From contig CAJINV010000002.1 in assembly GCA_905178155.1 (NCBI GenBank), positions 2,636,226 through 2,700,225 of the forward strand: a DNA stretch of 64,000 nucleotides, given 5' to 3'. Positions within the stretch are counted from its first letter, which is position 1; each line of letters begins with the position of its first letter. Origin of the DNA: Amoebophrya sp. A120 (Eukaryota; Protista; Dinoflagellata). This document shows positions 13,736 to 25,400 of this stretch, piece after piece. Under the pieces are notes generated by a model. The model did not search any database. It was not told where the DNA came from and worked only from the letters and a program-made list of their open reading frames with translations. The translations under genes and the position numbers were made by a program.

Positions 13736-16700
13736 ATGGTGCGAAATAACAAGCGAGGAGCTGTGGTTCTTCATTCGTCCCCCAGCCGCGCGGTCGTTTT
13801 GCCGACCGTCTCTGTGGGGGGTCGTCGCACCGCCGGCAAGATTTCCTCCGTGGGGATGTTGCAGAAAGTGATTTTCGCCCCGGTCATTCTACATATCAAA
13901 TGCAAAAATGTCTGGGTCTGGAAACTTGTAATGCTGCGTTGGGAATAGTGAATGCTCTGTAATGCTGCATAAGCAAGCATGAGAAATATCTGCGCTTCCT
14001 TGTGTTGCGTTTTTCGCATGACAAACTGCGTTTCTGCATGACAGGCAAAAGGGTCTCTTCTTGGACACGCATCACAAACTTTTTGGTCATGCCAGACAAG
14101 CATGACAAGTCTCGCAATCTTCCAGACCCAGACATTTTTGCATTTGATACTACAACACCTGACACAATTCTCTGCCGCGATCACGGTGACCGAGGTGAAA
14201 AAACGGTCTCGGACCGCGAGCCAGCTCGCGGTGAAGAAAAAGCGGGCCGCTGGGTCCACCTTTCGTGCGGCCGATCATCCTCCGGAGTCCCAGCCTCCGC
14301 AGCTGTTGTTCCGCTCGAATAGCAAGCAGAAGAGTTCTCACATGCAAGAAAAGGAAGGAGTCGGCAAGACAACGACGACCTTGTCAGCGGACGACAACTT
14401 GAAATGGGAAAAGTTGGGGCTCAACACCTTTGCCTACACCTATGGTCCGGGGCATGTCAAACCTGCTCGCTGTTTTCCTGCGTACCCGCACTTTCGGTTC
14501 GCGAACCGGAAGGAGAAGCTACCGCACACCGCCCTCTTGCATGTTGTGTCCTCCGATGGGAATGGAGGCGAAGCGACTCTGTCGTATGAGATCGTCAAAA
14601 AAGCGCCGGCTTACGAGGGAAGTTTCAAGACCCTAGGGGACTTCCCCAATGACTCCTCACCCGGCACTATGCAGAGCATCGTCACGGGGAACCTGTTTCA
14701 CTTCCCCACGGTTACGTGGGAGGACTGCCGGAACCTGTGTTCGGGTATGTGCGAGTTCGAAGTTAGCGCTGATCGGACGGAAAACTGTGCCGCTTACGAA
14801 GCGGAAGAGGGTCTGGACGCCTCCGGAGCGCGGCAAGTGAAGTGTTACCTGTTTACGTACAAGGACCTTCAGCATTGGACCGACACCGCAAGCACCGAAG
14901 GGTGGGGCTGGCAACCTTTCCAGGACCTTTTTCCAACGAAAGACGGGCTCGCCCAGAACCAAAACGACATCCTTCAAGGTATCGTTCCGGAAGCGCAGAC
15001 GCCCTTGTACACCTGGGAGGAGGGTGGAGAGCGCAACGGGGTCACGGCTGTAGGGTTTTGTGCTTTCACCGACTCGTCACCCGAAATACTGGATACCATG
15101 TCTATATGGAGTGTCACGGACGGGAACGTGACCACAAGAAAAATGGAGCAAATGTATCCAGCTGTGTGAAAACGCGCGCACGAAGTAGACCCGAGTCTTG
15201 TCATGCAAATTTCGCACGTCAAAGTGAAACTGAATGTGGAGGAAGACAGAGAGACGCAGTGTGTGAGCAATGCGCCTCACCATGAGACGATTCTTCCGTT
15301 GGTGATTGGAAATCTGATGTAAGTGAGTGGCATCAGTAGTGCTTGTTCAGGGGTACACACATTATTACCTATCCTTAGAAAACGAGAAAATACAACTTTT
15401 TGTTTTCGCTTTCTAGGTGCTTGGTGCTCCTGCTCCGTATATATTCTTTCAACTCTTTGTTTCTCCTATCAGGATCAGCAATAAGTTACTGCTCTGTGAT
15501 GCTGTAGCCACAGTGGGTAACGACCACCAGGCTACATTACCAGGCCCAGATTTTGCTGCGCAGCTCTCAGAGGCAGGGGTAGGGCTTCTTGATTTGTATG
15601 TACAGCAGAAACGAGTGCCATAGTATGCTGCGTGTGGGCTCTGTTTTTACACCGCATATGAGACGGCCCGGGCAATACATCAACCTTACGTCCTCGAGTG
15701 CCAGCGCCACCGCCATGCCTTCAGACCACCTGCCCTGTGACTGGCGGCAAACAAGTCTGCAGGGGCACGGTTTTAATGGTGAGGATCATGACGCTTTCGA
15801 GACGGTAACTTTTGACCGGAAAAAAATTTCCAGATGGACCTCCGCGTCTGTAGGGGCATACGGAATTCAAGAGGACTGCCCGTTTTTTAGTCCGTGGAGC
15901 TCCTGCGAACTGAAATCGCGGGAAACGCCGAAGCAGGCCGGCGTTGACGCGGGATCCGGTGGCGTTGAAGGCTATGAGCTCCTGGGAGAAAACTTCTGCT
16001 CCTGCGGTGGGGAGGGTCGAATGGGTTGCAATGGGCAGAATGGCAACCCGAGTATGATGCACATGGAGCGCAATGTAGCGGACCCCAAGACCATTTACCC
16101 AGACTACAAAGATGAGAAGACCGCCAGCAAATGCGGGAAAAAGTGCGACGCGCTCGGGGCCGCCTGCGCAGGCTTCCTGTTTAGCGCCACGGACGAGGTA
16201 CGGCAGAACCAAACCTTGTCGTCGCAGTGCGCCCTTTATCTTGGCGGGGGCCATCTGGATACTGACCTCGGTCCTGGACAGAATGAGAATATCCCGGGTC
16301 TTTCGTGCTACCGGAAAATCGATGGAACGGGGCGGGGGGAAGAGGTGAGCCGAATTTTCAACAAGGTGGAAAACGACTGCAGAACCGCTTGCCAGTGCAG
16401 GTCGGAGCCAAACAAGCAAGACTTTGAGCCTCGTCTGAATCTTCCAGAGCACGGCCGGCAGTGCCTGGACCCCATTCCGGGTGCGCGCCCGGTGTTCGGC
16501 GGCTCAGAGCCGACAACAACGGACCGCCGCTCGCCCGCTGCAGGCACACAAGCGCAATGCCAGAGCACGTGTCTTGACAACGAAAACTGTGTGGCCTGGC
16601 AGCACGACGGGGCTGATGGGGGCGGCGTGTGCAAACTGTGGTTTATCAAATTGAAACGCGCTCTTTTTCTCAAAAAGTTGTTCGCGGGTGAAGCAGTGTT

Positions 16701-18729
16701 TTCCCCGCGAAGCGTTTTTTTCTTGCTGAAAAGGCGAGGAACTGCCTCGCACGTTGTACCAGCAGGCCGAACGCTAGATACAGGGGAGCGCATATTTCCT
16801 CGAGTTTTGTTAGCAAAGGGCGACATCCTCATGCGCATTGTACATACTTAGCTACATCACTTGCAGCTCTTCCAGCCCGCTGGCAAAGAAGACGGCGTCT
16901 GTGAGACCGTTCTGACTTTACGCATTAGAGCTATGTAGCGCTGCTAGTGCCGCACCACGCGTCACGGTTCCGACAAAATTTTTCACACGACGACCAAGAT
17001 ACTGTAGCTGTGCTTACTAAGATAAAAAGTCTTCATTTCTTCAAGATCGCATTTCCAAAAACTCCGGGATGGGAGCGCTGTTCATTTCGATATGGTTGCG
17101 AAAGGGCGCGGGAGGCGAGCTGTGCGATCAGGGAGAGTGGAACGAGGCTGACTGCGGACAGCTCCTGATCTCCACGGAAACCTCAGCACCCGAGTCGTCC
17201 ATGGGCTTCTGCGTCGGTAACTTTCGAACGGCGCTTATGGAAGCGTCAGGTTTGAAATCGTCAAAGTTGAAATAATTTGTAATGCAGAAAATGCATGACG
17301 CCAGGCACGTGTGTTGCAGAGCAGGCAAGTGAGGCCGATTGTAAGCCTGTTTGAGGTTAGAACTCGAGCCGCTACAGTAGCATGAGAAAATCAGTCTTCT
17401 TTGCCTAAACAGCATGACATACTGGATTTAAGGACCGCCAAAATTTGTCATGCGCCACTTGGAAACTTGGTTCCAACTGGCATCCATTTTATGCATGACA
17501 ACTTTGTCGATTTCAATCCTGACACATCCATAGCGCTGACCCGGGGCGTCGGCGCCGGCACGAGTGTCGAGAAACCGTATCCTGTGCAAAAGTATCGTAC
17601 TCGTATTGCAATCATGCATTACAAATCCCTTTCTTGAGCTAAATCTGCATTACAAATTTTATTTCTCATGCTGCAGAAATTTGTATTGCATCTATACGAA
17701 TACGATACTTTTGCAATGCATAAACCGTGGGCCGCGGCGATGAGCAGCTGTGTCGCGCAGTGCCAACAAGGCAACGACAGCTCCATGTGCGAGGGGGAGG
17801 AGTGGCGATGCCCGGATGACGCTGCGCTCACCTTGCCCTGCGATTACCGCTTTACGCGCGACGCGCTTCAGCAAAAGTACGAAACAAATCCGAACCGACA
17901 GCAGCTCGATATCGTGTACAATTTCGATGGGGAATACAAAACCACGTGCTACGCGTTTGACCACCAGCGAAGCTGCCGGACGCCACTGGCAGCGGCACAG
18001 CACGACGGCTCGTTTCTGCCCGATTGGCTGGTTCCCGAGGTTGCGACGGTGAACATGATGGCCCTTCGCGGATTCGTTGTGCCGAGTCATTGGCACCAGA
18101 AACTGGGAACCTCGAGCTGCGCAGAGCAGTGTCACTGTGTTATCAATGTGCGAAGTTCATCATCCCCCGCAGCTAGATACTGTGCCAGTTTGGCATGATG
18201 ACAAGAGGCGGCTGTCATATCCAAAGAAACGAAGGACATGACAAATTGCTTGCAAGGTCAACTGCACCCTCAAAGCCAATCACACATCTTCCTGCAGTAA
18301 GTACTTATCTACACTAAACCCCATCGACAACGGCGGGGGTTTTTTCTGTATTGACTCAGTATGTATCGGACGGGGGGGCTTTTCATAATGATGTTTGTCA
18401 TTGAAACTGGAGAGAAATACGAAGACGAAAAACACGGCGAAAAGCAAGACGAAAAACAGGACGAGAAGCAGGACGAAAAGCAAGAGGAAAAGCTGCAAGA
18501 CGAATCTCAAAACGGGGGACAGGGCCACGCGCTTGTCGAGAACGTGGTGAACGCCACGCCCGTTCTGTTGGACCCACTATTGAAGGGAGCTTCCCCCTTT
18601 CTCCACCAGCCCACATGGAATAAAGAGCTTGGCATTTTTACGTCGCTGGCCGCTCCATGCACATTTGTTTCGCGTCATTGCGCCGAGCGAGCTTTTAGAG
18701 GCAGATGTTACGCCTGGGCAAATTGGTAA
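13736..18729 (+). CDS. Cys-rich protein with PAN/apple-like modules (3' exon junction near 18140-18360 unresolved)
   Basis: ORFs 13736, 14102, 15589, 17069 and 17668 join in frame after element removal; C-x3-C...C-x-(G/A)(F/W)...C-x-L motifs such as CGKKCDALGAACAGF and CQSTCLDNENCVAW...CKLW. Confidence 0.6.
13894..14149. mobile_element. Introner family A
   Basis: TIRs; TSD CTACA. Confidence 0.95.
15155..15658. mobile_element. Degenerate, enlarged introner (family E-like)
   Basis: Starts tatccagctgtgtgaaaacg, ends gtttttacaccgcata; removal joins MEQM to RRPGQY in frame; TSD eroded. Confidence 0.55.
16644..17092. mobile_element. Introner family F
   Basis: TIR tatcaaattgaaacgcgctc / gagcgctgttcatttcgata; TSD TGGTT; restores KLWLRKG. 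Confidence 0.85.
17236..17532. mobile_element. Introner family C (reverse orientation relative to 11772 and 60108)
   Basis: TIRs; TSD GCGCT. Confidence 0.93.
17578..17722. mobile_element. Introner family D
   Basis: TIR tatcctgtgcaaaagtatcgta; TSD AACCG. Confidence 0.93.
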
Positions 18730-20221
18730 TAGTCGAGCTGATAGGCCGCACGCAGGACGGCTGTTTCAACGGTCAAAGAGGAGCGCCAGAGATAGCAGAA
18801 GGCTGCTCTTCTCGCGTTGCCTTCTAGCAATCCAACACTGAACTCAAACTGCTTACTTGAATGTAGTGCTTTGTCGTGTACTTGAACTTACGGCACAAGG
18901 ATATAATCGCATCAGACGTGTTTTAGTTTTCCTGTGTTTGGGGACGAGATGGGGGAGCTTTCCCTTTCCATACGTTCCAGCGGCCAATTGCTGCTGACGG
19001 GTCAAGTCTTCAAATGGAGAACCGGCTGCGTTACGGAAGAGTTGAAAAAGGAGATATCAACAGCATGTCTATTCGGGGTTTGGAGGATTGAGTGGTACTG
19101 TGGTGACACCATGCCCGGCTAGCATGACGCTAAGAGAACGCGTCATGTACGTCGTCCGAAAGGTTTTTTTTTTTTGCCAGGCGAAAAAACAGCTTTTGAT
19201 GCATGTTCTTGTTCTTGTTCTGGGCTTGTGTTACGGTGAGAACGGCACCCACCCGTTGTGCTTACTAATGCGCTCGGGGGGGTCGCTCAGAAACATCTCA
19301 TGCTTGACTGCGCATCGCAGTTTGTGCCTGAATCAATGTAATTTTTCACAAATTGACGTGATAACGACCTCCCCGACCCCGACATGTCTGCAGTTGATAA
19401 ACATCAATCTGGAGAAGTTCTCTATCCATTCGCAGCGTTCTAGTTCCGTCTCTTCGACCTTTTTCTTTTGTTTCCTCGGTCTGCACATCAAGCGTCGCGC
19501 TCATCGGCGTGTCGCATCGATTTTTGCTTTACGAGTGAAATAGTATTTTTTTTATAGAAGTCCGTAGGGACTTCTTGTTTTTGCGCTCTGTCTTTTTGAA
19601 CTGTTTTTGAATGCCATTTCTTACTTTCGGAAACCGAGCTTGAAGTTCATCTCCGTACTAGAACTTTTTTTATACGTATCATTGTCCGCTTCACATGAAA
19701 TTTCATCGTCTGCGCACGTTTCACACACATGAGTTTTGAATTTATAACATAAGATTTTATCACTATCACAAGTATTTCACACGGTTGATGATCGCGAAGA
19801 GGACAAACAATATTTAAGAAATTTGCCTTCACCCAAACGTAGTACATCATTTTGTCCCATTATTCTTGCAAACATCGTATCACATTTATCATCTTCCCTG
19901 TCGACTGTTACAATAAAAATTCTTCGTTTCACACATTTGACACACTACAATTCCGTCAGGATCACGTGACCGCTATGACCGCAGCGACACTCCCCCCCGG
20001 TGTTGTCGTGTGCGACTCGTTCTTGTGATGTAGAAGTTTGTTCCTGTGCGCGCAGTAGTACCAGTTGTCGTTGTCCCCCCATGTGTAAAATGGAAAAATT
20101 GCAGTCATATACCGCATCATAAGGCCCAAAAAGAAAATAAGATCCCCACTTCCCCAACTTCTCAAAGAAAACTATAGTCCATTTACTACTCCCAAAGACG
20201 TCCTCCACCTCGGGCTGAAAA

Positions 20222-20356
20222 CCAGAACCACTCCGTTGCAGCGAGAAGGATAGATAACGTTTGCCGTCCATGCAACACAGGTTTTTGCACCATTCAAATT
20301 TTGCCTCACAAGTTGCATCCTTCCAGAACCGCTCCGCTGCAGCGAGAAGGATAGAT
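20222..20356. repeat. 34-bp direct repeat enclosing an internal fragment of a family A introner
   Basis: ccagaacc(a/g)ctccg(t/c)tgcagcgagaaggatagat at 20222-20255 and 20323-20356; spacer catgcaacacagg...cacaagttgcatccttccaga matches the sub-terminal region of family A. Confidence 0.8.
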
Positions 20357-21579
20357 GGCACAGCGGTAATAAACAACGCCCCGAGGAACGATAGTTTTCG
20401 CCTTTGGAGGAACTACATTCTACGGCTGTATTGTTGCCTAAATACTAGCAGCAGAGTAGGACGCAAGGAGTATAATATCGGAGGAAGGTAACACTTCTAC
20501 TTCTACACCAACCCGCTACGTCGATTCGTCGTGTTGGCGTGTTCCATTCGTGTCTTTTCGTTTTTGTTCAACATCCGAGCATGTTGAGTGGTGGTCCCCG
20601 CACTCAGCGAGAAGTTTTCTCGTCAAGAACAATTCGGTCAACGCGGCGTGCTTCTAAAGATACGTCGGGAAGAAGTGCAGAAGTGCTAGATATCTTCGAG
20701 CAGGCATCAAATTTGTTGCACTTCTTTCTAGAACTACTACCGGAGTAGTAGGTCGTGTAGGACCACAAGGAAGAAGTTGTACCAGAGGAAACTACATCAA
20801 CACTCGTCGTGAACTCGTATAGTAGCACTACAACAGGCGAAAAAGTATATCTTCATCTTGTGGCTCGTGAAAGAAAATTCTATGTTTTCTCGTGAAATAT
20901 GAGAGATGATTCGGTTTCTTAATCCTCTGTGCGTAGATTGAATTCATTTGTCGGTCCTCCTCGCTGCTTCCACCACTCGGTTTTCGATTCTTCTATTCGT
21001 TCAAACCTTCCATTCCGTCGGCGAACTAAAATCGTTTCGTGCGCTCAATCGAGAAGATTTTCGTACAAGTACAAATGCAACGAAGAGCGTATCTATTTCT
21101 TGCTTCCACACCGTTGCTCTTACTTTACTTTTCATCCGTGATGAATAAATGTCGGTCGTGTGGTCGCGTGGAACGATCGTCCGGAAGGTTTTCTTTGCAT
21201 CGTAGAGCATGGCACCTTTCTGAAGATTCTCCTAACACATAATTACACAGCGACAGTGTGCTTTTCCCCTTTCTCTTGCCATCCCGGCTCACCAGCTTTC
21301 CAGCACAAGTAAAAACGTTTTAATTCTACAATCATCTTCTACGATCATCTTGTTCCAAAGCACAATATCATTGTGCTAACAATTCTCAAATCACCTGGAA
21401 GAGAAGAACCAACTTTGACTATCCACAGCTGCAGAGGCCTCGTTGTTCCTGCAGCAGTTTCTTGTTTTAAGTAAGTAAAAACCAACGCATTTCGTTCTTC
21501 TTTTTTGTCGTCCCCCGACAGTTGTAAGTACGAAGAACTCCATTTCACAGCGCGGACCGTAAACATTCGCACCAAGAAC

Positions 21580-22484
21580 ATGGCGGTAGTCGGCAAGCTG
21601 CTTGTAGTCCTGCGCAACGTGCTATCAAATGTAAAAATGTCTGGGTCTGGAAGAGTCATGCTGTTTCTGCATGACACAGAAGGTCTGGCATGGAAGCTCT
21701 AGCATCACAGGTTTCGAGAAGCTTCCGCAATGCCGAATCCGCATGACAAATCCGCCATTTTGGTGACAGAAAGTGAGCAGCTTTTGCTGCCTATGCATCA
21801 GAGATTTTTGTGTGTTCTGAAATGCGCATCACAAGTTACATCCTTCCAGACCCAGACATTCTTACATTTGATACGTGCTGGGCTTCGTTGCGTGGGCCTT
21901 GATCATCCATCCCCTGAGCTACCTGGTCGGCCGCTTCTATCAAAGGGAAAAAAAGCCTCCGTGATCGTCCCCTATGCAAAAGGAAAGCTCTGTTCATGCT
22001 GGAGCTGGATTTGTGCACACAAAGAAATGTCTATGTCATGTCAGAACGCAATAGATGTGGAGCGGTCTGACTCTGGCGGGTGATTTAACAAATCCCAGTT
22101 TTTCAAATACAGGACGTACGGATCATTTTTCCTCACCATAGCGTCGATGTTTGGCTCAAAGACAAAGTGAAGGACTATGAGGACAGCGACGTGGGGAGCG
22201 GTTTCGAAGATGCCGAGGAGGAGGAGCAAGTGGGGCGAGAGACTCAGAAGGAGGACCATGGAGGGCACGAAGAACAAACCAGCGGTGCGGCGGGCTCAAC
22301 TCGTGGCACAGGAACTCCTTTTTGTTCGGTCTGTGTGCCGCGACGTTCCTGTTGCCGGGATCCTCCGGAACAAGCAGCAGATCCGGACGAGGACAACGCA
22401 GCCCGCCGCTGGCCGAAAAGAAAGGGCTTCCACATCTCCGAGCAGGACCAAGTATCGAAGGAAGAAAGTGCTGTTGTAGTGTAG
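21580..22484 (+). CDS. Small hypothetical protein, N-terminal hydrophobic segment and acidic tail (2 introners)
   Basis: MAVVGKLLVVLRNVLGFVAWALIIHPLSYLVGR.DVWLKDKVKDYEDSD... in frame after removing 21623-21873 and 21938-22140. Confidence 0.75.
21623..21873. mobile_element. Introner family A (reverse orientation relative to 80-317)
   Basis: TIRs; TSD CGTGC. Confidence 0.95.
21938..22140. mobile_element. Degenerate introner (family G-like)
   Basis: tatcaaagggaaaaa...tttttcctcaccata; TSD GCTTC/GCGTC; frame restored. Confidence 0.7.
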
Positions 22485-25400
22485 TTAATGACATCTGCGT
22501 GTTGAACTTCTTACATCAGTAGCAAGCTTATTTATTTGCCGATGCAGTGGTAGAGCTAGAGGGAGGAGTAGGGTGTCTGTCATGCATTAATTTGGAAATG
22601 TCTCTGTCTTCTTTCTCCTCATTTAAACATTTTGTACAACTTCGGCAAAGGTGGAATAACGGAGGAAACTTGTCATGCATAGCGACCAGCAAAAACGTGT
22701 ATTACAGTGTAGAAGAACTTCTACGCGACCGCATAACATAATATGAAAATTTGCCAACCATCAACTACGGCGTACTTCAGTGGTCGAGCAACAAGCTGGT
22801 GCTCTGTTGCGTCTGCTACAGAACAAACCTACACTAAAAGCACTTTATTTTTCCCGCCATAGCACCCCCCTACGGCGGTTGGTGCTGGCTTCGATGACCG
22901 CGTGAAAGCCCAAGCAGACGCAGAGCTCCAGAAATCTGGTCAGAAGTATGAACGGGCTCTTTCTTGTTCAGGGGGACTTTTCAAAATGGCGTTGGTTTGT
23001 CATGGCACAGGGCATGAAGTTGAAGATCACAGAAGAGGCCGCTGTGGCAATCTGGTTTTCCAGTAGCACATGCATGGAAGCAAATATCTATCGGTGGTGA
23101 ATATTTTAGCCCGGGCCCGGGGCCATGAACTCGTGCAAATTTTGGGTCTTTGGTTATTCGTATTCTGCAGCGGTGGCACACAAAATGCATTTCAGTATAT
23201 TTACCACCTCTCATTCTACAACCGCCACTTTGGAAAATTCCCACGACCTGTTGGCGCTTGCATAAGGAGACGAGGAAGAAAAAGAAGGCGCAAGAAAAAC
23301 TATTCGCGTGAAACGATGTGCCGCCTCTGGCGTCCAGGGAGAAAGAAAAACTGTATAAATGATGTAGCTCTTCGTGCTGGCAGTAGTTGTATGGTAGTCG
23401 TAAAAATTTGCAGGTGCAGTACAACTGCCGCCCGGATCACACCATTTCATCGACGTTTGTTTACACAGCTCTGAAGAGTACTAGATCATCGCGTTAAGTA
23501 TTTCCTTTCTTCAGCCTGGACGCCGGACAAATGCATTTTCCAGAACGATAAGAAGCCACGCGCGCTGGATTGGGCCAGGAGGGATCTTCCGTCGCAGTTG
23601 TTTATGTGCCACAGCCGGAGAAGGATCCGAAAGACGACCCGGACGGACCCCATGCGTCCCCGCCCCTGCTGCCACCTGTGCGCGCAAGCAGACGGCTGTA
23701 CGAGTACGGGGCAGCTGCTTCCTCGCCCCCGGCAAGTGAAACAAAAGCCAAGAAACCGAAAGTGACAAGGTGCGGCAGTTTGTACCAGAAAACCCCACTG
23801 TGCTTCGTCCTCGGGGTTGTGGCTGTCGTGGTGTTGTGTGCGGTTGTGTATCGCAGGAAAAAACTGCTTCACTGCCCTCGCCTTGTGCTACGTACAAAAG
23901 AATGCAGAACAAGAAGCGCGTTTTTTGCTAGAAGAAAGGGCGGCAAATAATGAGTGCTGGCCATAATTTTGATTTTCCTCACTGTGCCTATTCGTCTCTT
24001 TCCGTATTTTTTCCATGGAAGCTGCACGCATGGAGAGAAATTTTTTTTTCGCATGTGCAAAGAAATTGCTGTGACAATGAGACGGCAGAAAAAACGGTCA
24101 GCGCGGATGAAGTGAAGCACTTTTTCCGCACGACATTGCACTGGGGTGTTCCGTGGTTTACCTGAGCGACTTTCGCGACCTGTTCCCATCGGAGGGAAGT
24201 GCACGTGGAGAGCTTGCTACGGATTGCGGGGGACGCTTGCCAAGCCAAAACGTCGACCCCCAATGGGGCCCGGGTGGATCGAAGGACGGGGAATATATGG
24301 GAAACGCAGAAAGTAGGAGCGCGCCTTTTTCGCTCGACGCGGCGGTAGATTGATTCTTTTGCATGCTAGAGATTTCCAGATTTCACGTATAGGAAAGCGC
24401 TTTTGGCAATTGGCACCATATTGATTCGGCCTAGAGTTTGGGACGCATCTTCGTTCCCCCGGCTGCTCTTTGGTTTCACCTATTTGACCTGCGCTTTGCG
24501 AGTGGAAACGAAGAGCGCAGCGGCAGCTTTGATCGTGGGTTTTTACGCTAGTTTGATGAAGCCTTGACTGCAGCTGCGAGACCCGGAAATCCGGTTTTCT
24601 GGCTCTCTTTTCGTAAATCATGTTGCCACACGATGTTCGGCTTCGGGGTCGTGCGCCGCTGTGTTGCGGAGTGACTTTGTACGTATTTATAATAACATAT
24701 CAAACGGGACCTCCACAACATCACAGGGCGCCGGCAGTGGCTCGGCCACGGATCATCCCTGTACTCCGGTAACGTCAGGGTCAGAGCCAACGGAGGTTAT
24801 TACATGCAAAGAGGCTAGCGTGTCATGGCATATATCTCGGATAGAGTTTGAGTTGAATGTCAGACAGCATCGCGGACGAGATAGATTCTTGCGTGAGCAT
24901 TTTAACAGACTTCTTCTTGCATTTCGATTTTTACACAATGTGGCATGCTAGTCGCTTTCTTGTTCATCGCAGAAGCTTCACAGCTGCAGCTCGGCGCTGT
25001 CTCCGTCAAGGGCGATCCCGCACGGGTTAGAGGTCCTCCGATGTTGGCAACACAGCGGCAGCCGATGCAGACTACAGCTACTACAATAACGCAGGGCACG
25101 ATGGGAGGACGGTTACAACCGGCTGTTCGAAGGCCCCTGGTCCCGGAATCGCCTGAGTGGTGCAAGAGTCGCGAAACTGCAAAAGCAGCGATGGATGGTC
25201 TAAAGGCGGATATTAAGAGAGAGAACAATGGGGCGCAAAGGGCAATGCACCTACTGCAAAAGCAATCCTTCGAGTTACGCAATTATTGGACGCTGCACCA
25301 CGAATGGCAGCAGAAGCACCTCCAGCGCAGTGACCCCAACGCCGGCGGCTGTGGATCAGATGCCTTCATCTCCTGTGACGAACCTCCTAAGCCGCCGCTA

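Noticed and set aside
18141-18406. Possible further introner starting tatcaatg
   Set aside because: No right TIR/TSD pair that restores the frame could be fixed
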